A stretch of 64,000 bases of DNA from the IMG/VR virus record IMGVR_UViG_3300045988_174992; one strand, 5' to 3'. The DNA is from a virus. The notes below the pieces were generated by a model. That model did not search any database. It was not told where the DNA came from and saw only the letters and a list, made by a program, of their open reading frames with translations. The translations under genes were made by a program, and so were the position numbers. Of the stretch, positions 17,496-26,463 are shown one piece after another; the stretch's first letter is position 1, and each line of letters opens with the position of its first letter.

Positions 17496-18983
17496 ATGAA
17501 AAAGAATTGTATCATTATACCTATATATAAAGAAAGTCCTGGTTTATTGGATAAGCTAAGTCTTGAATCATTGTCAAAAAACTTGAAAGATTTTTCTGAT
17601 TATGAAGTTTATTTCATATATCCAGAAAATTTAGGTACAGCACAATGGAAGAGATATGTAGATCATGATGTAATATTACGACCATTTCCTTATGATTATT
17701 TCTTATCAACTTTATCTTATTCTAATCTTCTTGAAAGTTATGAATTTTGGCATACTTTCAAAGAACACGAATATGCATTGATATATCAAACAGATGGATA
17801 TTGTATTGGAGGAAGTCTTAAAGAATATATTGATATGAATTATGACTATATTGGTGCACCTATCATAGCACAGGATGCAAGATGGTTCAATGTTCCTACT
17901 GTTGGTAATGGTGGAGTTAGCTTGAGAAAGATAGATACTATGATAGAGGTAACTGATCCAACTGGGGAATTCATTAGAGAGAATAAAGAAGATATTGATA
18001 AGCATAATAGAATGAACAGCAATATGTATTCTATATATGAAGATTTGTACTTTGCCCAGTTGGTACCAATGCTTTGGGATTTCAGAAAACCAAATTTTGA
18101 TGTTGCTGCTTCATTTGCTTATGATATGAATGCAGATATTGTCTATGAAATGACAAAGCATAAGTTACCACTATTTATTCATGCTTTTGATAAGAATATA
18201 AGATTTTGGCAAAATATTCTTGATGACTTTAAAGATATAGATGTCATATCAGAATGTGAAATAAAGAATGAGAATGAATATCTATCAGAAAGAATAGGAT
18301 ATCAAGCAAATTTAGCTCATATAGATAAGATAAAGATAGCTGCTATAATGATAGTTAAGAATGAAAACTATCATTTGAATGAACAAATTTCTAAGATAAT
18401 ATCTTCTGGTGTTTCTAAAGTTTTTGTTATTGACAACAATGACATATCTGGAGAGAATCCTAAAGATATTCTTGATTTTTCTAATGTAGAATTGATTTCA
18501 AAATACAGAGGAGAACATGAAATATTGTCTGAAGCATATAGTGATGTTTACAATAACTATCTGAATGACTTTACCCATTGTATATTCATAGATGGTGATG
18601 AAGAAATTCATTCTGATTCTTTAAGGAAAACCATATATGATAATATTGATTCTAAAATATTGAAGATAAAGAGCATAATAGTATATAATGATGGTAATAG
18701 ATCTTCTTATCAGAATAATGCTTTCAAAACAGTAATGAAGTGTGGATTACCTATCAGAAACTTTACTAGAGAAGCTCCTTTATATTATATAGATTCTAAA
18801 GAAATTCCAGAAGAAGTATGTTGTTTACATAATTATGTTGGTTGCAATTCATTAGAAGAATATATGCAAAATAAACTTTATCGTGGATATCCAGATAAAG
18901 AAACGACAATTGGAAAACAACTTACCAGCATGGACTTATATTATAAAGTAAATCCACCAAAAAATAGTAGAATATATTTTTAA
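17496..18983 (+). CDS. two-domain glycosyltransferase-like protein (DUF5672-like N-terminus, GT2-like C-terminus)
   Basis: N-terminus: CIIIPIYKE..LIYQTDGY..DYIGAP..VGNGGVSLRK. C-terminus: IAAIMIVKNENYHLNEQISKIISSGVSKVFVIDNND. Confidence 0.5.
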   Translation: MKKNCIIIPIYKESPGLLDKLSLESLSKNLKDFSDYEVYFIYPENLGTAQWKRYVDHDVILRPFPYDYFLSTLSYSNLLESYEFWHTFKEHEYALIYQTDGYCIGGSLKEYIDMNYDYIGAPIIAQDARWFNVPTVGNGGVSLRKIDTMIEVTDPTGEFIRENKEDIDKHNRMNSNMYSIYEDLYFAQLVPMLWDFRKPNFDVAASFAYDMNADIVYEMTKHKLPLFIHAFDKNIRFWQNILDDFKDIDVISECEIKNENEYLSERIGYQANLAHIDKIKIAAIMIVKNENYHLNEQISKIISSGVSKVFVIDNNDISGENPKDILDFSNVELISKYRGEHEILSEAYSDVYNNYLNDFTHCIFIDGDEEIHSDSLRKTIYDNIDSKILKIKSIIVYNDGNRSSYQNNAFKTVMKCGLPIRNFTREAPLYYIDSKEIPEEVCCLHNYVGCNSLEEYMQNKLYRGYPDKETTIGKQLTSMDLYYKVNPPKNSRIYF

Positions 18984-19010
18984 ATATAAAATTTCAACGA
19001 AATTCAACAA

Positions 19011-20135
19011 ATGAAGACATTGTCAATGATAAAGGAGTCATTTGATAACCAACCATTAGGAAATAAAGTTGGTGTAACTAATCATTTGACTCCTGTAGAT
19101 AATATAGTAATAAATGTAAGAAATTTCTTTTCATCTCAACTTTCTATGGTTGTCACAAAGGCAGAAGATAATTTCTCTTTGAAATGTACATCATCATTAT
19201 GGCATTCAGAAGAAGATGTTAGAAATGCTATATATACAAATGTTTGGAATGACAGAACTTCTCTTTTTAGTTATGTATCAATGCAAGGTTTGTCATGTAT
19301 AAAGATTGTTCCTGTTGGAGAAGAATATTTCTTGTATTTTTGTCCTTCAGATATTAAACAATCTTATGGATATAATAGTCCATGTGATAATGGATCATGT
19401 GAATCATTACCAAAGATTGCTTGTCATGAACAAAAACAATTGCATCTTGGTGATATAGAATATAATCAGTTTGGTGAGATAAAAGAAGATGCATGGCAAC
19501 CTGATCAAGAAATTGAAGATATAACTAAGAAGGATATAAGACAATTGTTGGGTGGCAATGATAAAGTAAAAGCTGCAAAGGCATTTGCTGAAATTCTTAA
19601 ACAGAATATGAGAATGCCGGATAATTATTATATAACCGCAGTTCGAGATGAAGATGGAAATGAATCAGTTGCTTTGCGTTACAAACATGATGTAAGAAAA
19701 CCGTTTGGTAAGACAGCTACAGTTACAAAAACTCTTGTAAATATCTATGGTCTAGGTGATAATGGTATCTGGGTAAATGATGCTGATAATCCAAATGGAA
19801 TGGATCAAGAACTGAAAGGAGTTATTGATGATATGCTTGGATTCATTGGCGTAAGAAGAACTGGTGATGCTTGTTGTTTTACTATAGCTGAAGATCCAAG
19901 TACTACAGATGATTTGAAATCTGATCCTAATAATTCAGATAATAAAGATGAGAATAATGATAACAATGAAGAAAATAACAAAGACCAAGATACTGAACAA
20001 AAGAATAAAGATGATAATGGACAAGGTATCAATACACCTCAAAGAACTGACAAACCATCACAAGTAGCTGATAATCAAGCAGATAATTCCATATCTAATT
20101 CAGGAATTATGAGAACAGATGGTTCCAGTATGTAA
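19011..20135 (+). CDS. hypothetical protein with CTS-like N-terminus and acidic low-complexity tail
   Basis: MKTLSMIKESF... at the N-terminus. C-terminus reads DNKDENNDNNEENNKDQDTEQKNKDDNG. Confidence 0.6.
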   Translation: MKTLSMIKESFDNQPLGNKVGVTNHLTPVDNIVINVRNFFSSQLSMVVTKAEDNFSLKCTSSLWHSEEDVRNAIYTNVWNDRTSLFSYVSMQGLSCIKIVPVGEEYFLYFCPSDIKQSYGYNSPCDNGSCESLPKIACHEQKQLHLGDIEYNQFGEIKEDAWQPDQEIEDITKKDIRQLLGGNDKVKAAKAFAEILKQNMRMPDNYYITAVRDEDGNESVALRYKHDVRKPFGKTATVTKTLVNIYGLGDNGIWVNDADNPNGMDQELKGVIDDMLGFIGVRRTGDACCFTIAEDPSTTDDLKSDPNNSDNKDENNDNNEENNKDQDTEQKNKDDNGQGINTPQRTDKPSQVADNQADNSISNSGIMRTDGSSM

Positions 20136-20140
20136 ATACA

Positions 20141-20174
20141 AAAATGGTGAAATTCTTAAGAATTTCACCATTTT
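20141..20174. terminator. bidirectional intrinsic terminator
   Basis: Perfect palindrome aaaatggtgaaattctt|aagaatttcaccatttt between convergent genes. Confidence 0.75.
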
Positions 20175-20189
20175 CTATTTAAACAAATT

Positions 20190-21278
20190 CTAAGCAAGTT
20201 CAAATACCGGGCGTGTATTGCAAATAACTACTCGACCTTTTCGTGTAGTCTTAAATGCATCTTTACCATCCTGAACTTCAAACTCCTTAATCTTAACATT
20301 AATAGGATCACCTGGATGATAATCAAGAAGCTTATTAGGATCTATTGGCATCAAACCTGTAATATTCAAACCATCAAGTTCAATGAATACACCTTGCTTC
20401 TTAGCTGAATTGATGATACCTGTAACATGACCATCTAAAACAGGACGTTCATAAGTAACATTATCATTCTTCTTTGCAAGACGTTCCTTCAACCACAAGT
20501 CATACAAATTCTGATAACCATCAAGCTGAAGCAATCGCTTGCGTGAACCAACAATAGACTTCTCAATACATCCAGTAGCATAATCATGCTTGAAGTCAAC
20601 TACCTTCTGTGGAATAATATCAATATCTTGATTTACCCACTTATCAAAGTCCTTTTCAATATTCAATACAATCTGTGAACCAGGAATGAATACTGAATTA
20701 ACATACTCCTTACCAGTAAGTTCAACCAATGGATCAATATTGACATGAGCGATAAATCCACCTTTTACTACTTCATCAATATGAACTGAAATAGGTGTTT
20801 CCTTCTGAATATCATTCTCAATCTGATGCATCCAATAACGGAAATAACCATTAGAAACAGATACAATGTAAGTATTGTCTTTCTTCTCACGTACTTCAAA
20901 CATCAACTGGTTATTATGAGTCATGAGATAGTTACGAATTGCATCAATGCAAGAATTGAAATTCTCCTTACAAATAAGCTCTTCCTTAACACCAGGAATA
21001 GTGAATGTCAAAACATTCTTGTCAAACTCTTTAACTTCACCAAGATAAAGCTGACCAACTTCAATGTTGGTAACTGTATTCATTGCCTTGTCCTTCTTTG
21101 TATCTTCAGACAATTCAATACCATAAGTCTTTGCAAACGCTTTAGCAATAGACATTGTTGCAAATGCTCGTGAATTGAACTTAATTCGATCCTTGTCGTT
21201 TGTAAACATTGAATTCAAAATGTCATTCTCATCTACTCTAGCACCAATGAGATTTTTTGTTTTTGTTTCTTTACTCAT
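20190..21278 (-). CDS. multi-S1-domain (OB-fold) RNA-binding protein, ribosomal protein S1-like
   Basis: Third repeat LDGHVTGIINSAKKQGVFIELDGLNITGLMPIDPNKLLDYHPGDPINVKIKEFEV fits G..V.G.V....G.FV.l....GL.......pGd.i.VkI. Two weaker repeats lie upstream. Confidence 0.55.
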   Translation of the reverse strand: MSKETKTKNLIGARVDENDILNSMFTNDKDRIKFNSRAFATMSIAKAFAKTYGIELSEDTKKDKAMNTVTNIEVGQLYLGEVKEFDKNVLTFTIPGVKEELICKENFNSCIDAIRNYLMTHNNQLMFEVREKKDNTYIVSVSNGYFRYWMHQIENDIQKETPISVHIDEVVKGGFIAHVNIDPLVELTGKEYVNSVFIPGSQIVLNIEKDFDKWVNQDIDIIPQKVVDFKHDYATGCIEKSIVGSRKRLLQLDGYQNLYDLWLKERLAKKNDNVTYERPVLDGHVTGIINSAKKQGVFIELDGLNITGLMPIDPNKLLDYHPGDPINVKIKEFEVQDGKDAFKTTRKGRVVICNTRPVFELA

Positions 21279-21466
21279 TAAAAAGATTTAAAATTTAAAG
21301 GGTTAATAAATAATTTAAGTACAGCATTAACTTTAGTTCTTGAATAGAACTGAAAGTGATATTCATTAATTACTTGTACATATTTAATATAGTATTTGAT
21401 TATATGAAAGTTCAGTAATATTATGTTAATGATTGTTAAATCAACTAAGACAAATTAAGAGACAAG

Positions 21467-21766
21467 CTAATCTGTATTCTTCAACAAAGTTTCATCATCA
21501 CCAGGTCGATATCCATTACCATATCTATCTTTACAAGTAATGCATTTACCAGTTTCATCCCATACCCATCCATCAACAGGTCCTTCTGAAAAGAATACTT
21601 TACCATGTAATTGGTTTGGAATTTCTTTATAATCTACTGAATCTATTTTTACTTCATACCCAGACTTTGTAATAACCGGTTTATCATTATTGATCCAGTC
21701 CATATCCAATTTATCTGGATTAGACTGGATCATTTTTTCTTCTAATAATTTCGATAGTGTTTTCAT
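21467..21766 (-). CDS. hypothetical protein with CTS-like N-terminus
   Basis: MKTLSKLLEEKM... Confidence 0.55.
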   Translation of the reverse strand: MKTLSKLLEEKMIQSNPDKLDMDWINNDKPVITKSGYEVKIDSVDYKEIPNQLHGKVFFSEGPVDGWVWDETGKCITCKDRYGNGYRPGDDETLLKNTD

Positions 21767-21800
21767 ATTTAAAAATTGGTTTAAACCAATTTAGACTACA

Positions 21801-22559
21801 TTATGAAATGGCTGCACGAAGACCTTCGATCTTATCACACTGAGCTTTCTTCTCTACCTTCTTACGATCCTTTTCATAACTATCCTGTCTCTCATATTCC
21901 TTACCCCATTTCTTATAGAAGAAATCATAAGCCTCAGGAATTTCATTCTTAAGCATATTAGTAGTAGTGATAGTAGAGAATGCACAAGAAATATCCTTCT
22001 TGAACTTCAAATATTTCATTGCCTCAATAAAGTAATTCAAGAAAATTTCTTTGACTTCAGGATGATTAAGTGCATACTTTGATATTACATGTACACTATC
22101 ACGACTATTGTCACTATTACAACCCTTGCTGATTTCAAGACCAATGAAGTCAAAATTAAATACATTGTATTTGCTAGTTCTATATCCAAAATAACTTGAA
22201 CCAGAATACTTTACAAGATCAAGCTTGTTTAATAAATCATAAATATAGTTAGCAAACTCAACGGATTCTGGTGTATAATTCCTTTTCTTATTTTCAATTT
22301 TTGCTAAATAACCTGGTTCTTTTGGATCATATTGTGAAGTATTTGCATCAACAAATCTTGCAATATCATAAATGTTTCGCTTCTTCAACTCAAAATAATC
22401 TGGATATTGCTTATATGCTTGCTTTACAATATCTGGCAAATTCTCAGCCATGAAATCAGAAATCTTCTTTTGAGCTTCTGCTTTCTTTTCCATCAAATGA
22501 TTTTTCTCAATATATGTATTACACAAGAAAGTTCCGATTTCATCATACTGATACTTCAA
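21801..22559 (-). CDS. hypothetical protein
   Basis: 252-aa ORF. Confidence 0.55.
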   Translation of the reverse strand: MKYQYDEIGTFLCNTYIEKNHLMEKKAEAQKKISDFMAENLPDIVKQAYKQYPDYFELKKRNIYDIARFVDANTSQYDPKEPGYLAKIENKKRNYTPESVEFANYIYDLLNKLDLVKYSGSSYFGYRTSKYNVFNFDFIGLEISKGCNSDNSRDSVHVISKYALNHPEVKEIFLNYFIEAMKYLKFKKDISCAFSTITTTNMLKNEIPEAYDFFYKKWGKEYERQDSYEKDRKKVEKKAQCDKIEGLRAAIS

Positions 22560-22584
22560 AATAGTTCTACTTTCATAATTTATA

Positions 22585-23079
22585 TTAATTTTTAATGTTT
22601 GACTTTACAATTCTAGCGATATCTGACTTACGTGCATTTGGGTGTCCAGCAACAACATGATTAATTACTGCCTTCATATCCTTTTGAGAAATTTCTCCAT
22701 ACTTAATTACCCAATCTGCTACACCTTCATTGATTTCATCATCTGATGCTGGTTTTGGAAGAAGCTCATTCACAATATTGAGCTGATTCTGTGATTCAGA
22801 AGCATTAGCAATAGACTTTAGCGTGTTGATATTCAAATAAATTTCAACATCCTTCTTAAGCTCTTTCTGTACAGTTTCAAGCAACTTCTTCTCTGTTGCT
22901 AAATCATATACAGGACGTGGCTGACCTTCTTTTACTTCTTGTGTCTTAAATTCCATGATTCGAGACATAATCTGACGAAATGTCATCAAAGCAAACTTGT
23001 CACCCTTTAGCATTGCTTCCTTTACCATAGATGGAAAATCCAAGAAACCATCTTCTGTCTTCTTAATTTCTACAATCAT
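22585..23079 (-). CDS. YqeY-like (GatB/YqeY domain) protein
   Basis: VKEAMLKGDK..LMTFRQIMSRI...ELLPKPASDDEINEGVADWVIKYGEISQKDMKAVINHVV...KSDIARIVKSNI parallels Bacillus YqeY along its length. Confidence 0.55.
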   Translation of the reverse strand: MIVEIKKTEDGFLDFPSMVKEAMLKGDKFALMTFRQIMSRIMEFKTQEVKEGQPRPVYDLATEKKLLETVQKELKKDVEIYLNINTLKSIANASESQNQLNIVNELLPKPASDDEINEGVADWVIKYGEISQKDMKAVINHVVAGHPNARKSDIARIVKSNIKN

Positions 23080-23090
23080 TTTAATAAATT

Positions 23091-23843
23091 TTAAACTTTT
23101 AAAAACTTCTTTAAATATTCTTTAGTTGACGGAACAAACTTACTAGTATCACCAATTGCCCATGCAATATAACCTTGGTCAAAACCAGCTACAAATTCTA
23201 CTCCTAATCCTCTATACTTTCCTAATGTGAAGCAAGGTACAACTTTACCATTGAATTCTTGCATAGCTACTACATTATCAATAGTAAGAATTTCTTCTGG
23301 TTCATAAGGATGTGCTTCTTGCTGCTTTACAAAGATAGCGGCAGTTGCTTTTACATCAGACAAAGCATCATGGGCATTCAAACCACATTCATCCATTGTC
23401 TTACCATAATATCGTTTGAACGTATCTGACAATCTATTTCCATTGATACGCTTTTCTTCATAGAAGCAATCATAATTGTCACAAGTACGTACATCAAACA
23501 ATATTCCACATCTAGAAAATTCTTCTGTCAATATGGCATTATCAAATGAACATCCATTATATGTTACAATATCACATCCAGTAAAGAAATCAAAAATCTC
23601 ACTTGCAACTTCTCTAAAATGAGGTTTGTCTTTTAAAAACTCTGCATTGATATGATGAACCATATAAGCACCAATAGGAATAGAATAACTACCTTCTGGT
23701 TGAATATAATAATTCTTACTATCAATGATTTTCTTTATGTTCCAATCATACTTTACTAATGCAATCTGAATAATCTGATCTTTTGATTTGTCAAGACCTG
23801 TTGACTCAACATCATAAATTACTAATGGTCTATCTCCTAGCAT
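23091..23843 (-). CDS. DnaQ-like DEDDh 3'-5' exonuclease with DUF3820-like C-terminus
   Basis: Exo motifs VIYDVESTGLD, VTYNGCSFDNAIL and HDALSDVKATA. C-terminus reads LGKYRGLGVEFVAGFDQGYIAWAI. Confidence 0.7.
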   Translation of the reverse strand: MLGDRPLVIYDVESTGLDKSKDQIIQIALVKYDWNIKKIIDSKNYYIQPEGSYSIPIGAYMVHHINAEFLKDKPHFREVASEIFDFFTGCDIVTYNGCSFDNAILTEEFSRCGILFDVRTCDNYDCFYEEKRINGNRLSDTFKRYYGKTMDECGLNAHDALSDVKATAAIFVKQQEAHPYEPEEILTIDNVVAMQEFNGKVVPCFTLGKYRGLGVEFVAGFDQGYIAWAIGDTSKFVPSTKEYLKKFLKV

Positions 23844-23876
23844 ATTACTCTTTATTTTATTTGTTAATTAATACAA

Positions 23877-23911
23877 ATATAATATAGAACATTCGTAAAT
23901 TATTTCAAATA
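23877..23911 (-). promoter_or_regulatory. -33/-7 promoter-like motif
   Basis: atataatatagaacattcgtaaattatttcaaat. Its rc is ATTTGAAAT-N-GTTCTATATTATAT. Confidence 0.5.
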
Positions 23912-23933
23912 TTTATTCTAATCTCTTAATATG

Positions 23934-24386
23934 TTAATTATACTTATTTAGTTTCATAAACAAGTGAAAAATATCAAAATCATTGTTCATTCTAATTATG
24001 TCTAATGGCTTCTTGAAATACTTATCAATTTTGTTATTGATAGCATTAATCAACTTGTTGTAAGTATGTAGTGCTTTTTTCTTATTCCTCATTAAGGCAA
24101 TATGATATCCTGTATCTTCATTATATGTATCTTTATCTGATACCTTAGAAGAAGCTGTAGTGGTAAATGTAAATGAATCATAATGGTCATTACCAATATA
24201 ATCAAGAGTTGGATCAATACTGATGAAATCTTCATTAGTAAATGCATAAGAAATAAAATCTAACAAAAATCTCATTTGAGGAAGTCTGCTAAAATCAATT
24301 GTCCATTTGACATCAACTTTAGTTATACCATTCTCTGGATCACTAACGGTTTTAATAATCTTACTTTTAATAAATCTTTTATGCAT
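23934..24386 (-). CDS. hypothetical protein
   Basis: Start taken at ATG 24386 (MHKRFIKSK). The track start 24422 is a TTG inside the promoter motif. Confidence 0.55.
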   Translation of the reverse strand: MHKRFIKSKIIKTVSDPENGITKVDVKWTIDFSRLPQMRFLLDFISYAFTNEDFISIDPTLDYIGNDHYDSFTFTTTASSKVSDKDTYNEDTGYHIALMRNKKKALHTYNKLINAINNKIDKYFKKPLDIIRMNNDFDIFHLFMKLNKYN

Positions 24387-24405
24387 ATTTAGTATTTTTT
24401 GTTCA

Positions 24406-24439
24406 TATATAAGATAGAACAATATTTAGAAATTTCAAT
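24406..24439 (-). promoter_or_regulatory. -33/-7 promoter-like motif (variant AGATAGAA)
   Basis: tatataagatagaacaatatttagaaatttcaat. Confidence 0.4.
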
Positions 24440-24445
24440 TTTTAA

Positions 24446-24493
24446 TTTGAATAAATTCAAAAGCCTAAATTGCCTATAAGCAATTTTTATATA
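24446..24493 (+). promoter_or_regulatory. twin-hairpin leader plus GCAATTTTTATATA box, copy A
   Basis: Hairpins TTTGAAT-AA-ATTCAAA and AAATTGC-ctataa-GCAATTT. Homologous to 57080-57124, with a compensatory base-pair change. Confidence 0.55.
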
Positions 24494-24518
24494 ACAGAAG
24501 TTGTATTTTTTAATTCAA

Positions 24519-26411
24519 ATGAAAAGAAAAACTAATCTATTTTATAAATCAGCAAGTCAAGATTCTAGTTTCTTAACTTTCTCTAACTATACAGAATCTT
24601 TGACAGCTAATTTGATGTCTACTGATAACAAGATATATCCTTCTACTTTCTTATGTATCAGTATGCCAAAGCTTAATTCAAGGGATTTTGCAGTAGAATC
24701 TTACAATGAGTGGGAAGAAACTATATTAGATACAAAGAATGTATCTTATACACTTAAGACAAATGTATTTGAAAATTTTGTAATCGAAGATAGTACAAAC
24801 ATAAATAAGATATATGTTGATGATCTTGGAACTGAATATAAAGCTGGTACATTACTTAAAGAAAGTCAAGTTGAATTCTTAATGTCTACAACTATTTCTA
24901 AGACAATATTGATAACATATAGAAATAATACTAAGCATACTAAGCTTTCTGAAAAGTCAAACAATATAAATTCTCCTTATTCTATTACTATAGAAAAAGT
25001 TTTGCTTGACTATAAAGATGATCCAACATTTATCAACAAAAAAGATGAATTGAGTACATTCATTTGGAATAAGCAACAATTGATAAACAAGTTAGTAACT
25101 TACTATGAGAATAAGCTAGCTTCTTTGAGAGATTTTTGTGTAGATAAAGACATGAATCAAGAATCTGTATTGCTTCCATTGAATTACTTATTAGAAACTT
25201 TACTGTCATTTGATCCATCTATTAAGATAAACTATGTAGGTGATATTACAGAGCAAGATTGGAATGGAACATTTTCTGACACTATTTGTGTAGTTGATAC
25301 CAGATCATTCAAATCTGGTACTATAGTAAGTGACAATAACTATGCAATGTCTTTAGCACCAGTTGATGGTGATGATACTAAAGAAAATCCATTGAACAAT
25401 TATGATAGTGAAAGATATTTGCATGGTTGGTTCACAACAAAATCTGAATATATAGAAGAATTAGATTTTGATAAAGATGAAAAGAATACAGTTTCTATAA
25501 ATCCTGTTGCTACTAACAATCTATATACTAATCTATATAGTAAGCTCAGTACAGAAGAACAGATAAAATTCAAAAGAACTCACAATATATCTACTAGTGA
25601 TACCGATGATTATAATACTTATATCATGATGGTACCAGAAGCAGATAAACAAATTCCAGAATACGTAAAGACTTTAGAAGATATAATAGAAGCATCTGAA
25701 ATAAAAGAAGAATATATAGGTCCACATTATGTAGAAGATTTGAAACCAGAATATGACAATTATGAAAATGGAACACATTATTATGAATTGACTTCACCTT
25801 TAAAAGAAATATCTTTTACAACTCATAATGATGTAAAAGAATGGACCGAAGTATCATTCAACTTACTTATCCCATTGTTTGACTTAGTAGATATGAACTA
25901 CAATACAAATTCTACTAATGTTGAATCTTCAGATCATTTGAATTTAACTAATGAAGATGAAGACAAAGAAATGTGTGTTAAGAATATGCCATTAGGCATT
26001 TGGTTCTCTGGTCCACAATTTGTAACATTAAAGTCTGATTTGTCAACTGGATTTTCTCCATCTTGGTCTTTATCATTATCTAGTCAGTTTAAGCCATTTC
26101 CTACTTCTGACTACATGCCTAGTGAGATAACAAATGATGCTAAGAAAGAAGCTTATTGTACATTTGCACAGATACTTTCTAGACAAAATGAAGTATTGGA
26201 TAAGTTTGTTGATATGTCAAAGATAATGAATAAGCTAAGTGAAAGAGTAACTTCATTGGAATCAGCTGTTGGTTCTGTTTTGACAGCTTACAATCTTGAT
26301 ACATTCAGAACTGATATAATGGATTTCAAAAACCAAATAACATATCAAGTATCTTATCTTGAAGCCTCTATTGAAGGTCTGCAGCTTCAGTGGATTCAAC
26401 GTGAAGGTTAA
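24519..26411 (+). CDS. virion structural protein (unassigned), C-terminal coiled coil
   Basis: 630 aa from ATG 24519 (the track start 24501 is a TTG). First gene of a 21-kb same-strand structural operon. Confidence 0.6.
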   Translation: MKRKTNLFYKSASQDSSFLTFSNYTESLTANLMSTDNKIYPSTFLCISMPKLNSRDFAVESYNEWEETILDTKNVSYTLKTNVFENFVIEDSTNINKIYVDDLGTEYKAGTLLKESQVEFLMSTTISKTILITYRNNTKHTKLSEKSNNINSPYSITIEKVLLDYKDDPTFINKKDELSTFIWNKQQLINKLVTYYENKLASLRDFCVDKDMNQESVLLPLNYLLETLLSFDPSIKINYVGDITEQDWNGTFSDTICVVDTRSFKSGTIVSDNNYAMSLAPVDGDDTKENPLNNYDSERYLHGWFTTKSEYIEELDFDKDEKNTVSINPVATNNLYTNLYSKLSTEEQIKFKRTHNISTSDTDDYNTYIMMVPEADKQIPEYVKTLEDIIEASEIKEEYIGPHYVEDLKPEYDNYENGTHYYELTSPLKEISFTTHNDVKEWTEVSFNLLIPLFDLVDMNYNTNSTNVESSDHLNLTNEDEDKEMCVKNMPLGIWFSGPQFVTLKSDLSTGFSPSWSLSLSSQFKPFPTSDYMPSEITNDAKKEAYCTFAQILSRQNEVLDKFVDMSKIMNKLSERVTSLESAVGSVLTAYNLDTFRTDIMDFKNQITYQVSYLEASIEGLQLQWIQREG

Positions 26412-26463
26412 GCAGATAAAAGTATTTTTAAGTATAAGGATATATTAAAGAAGAAATCAACTG

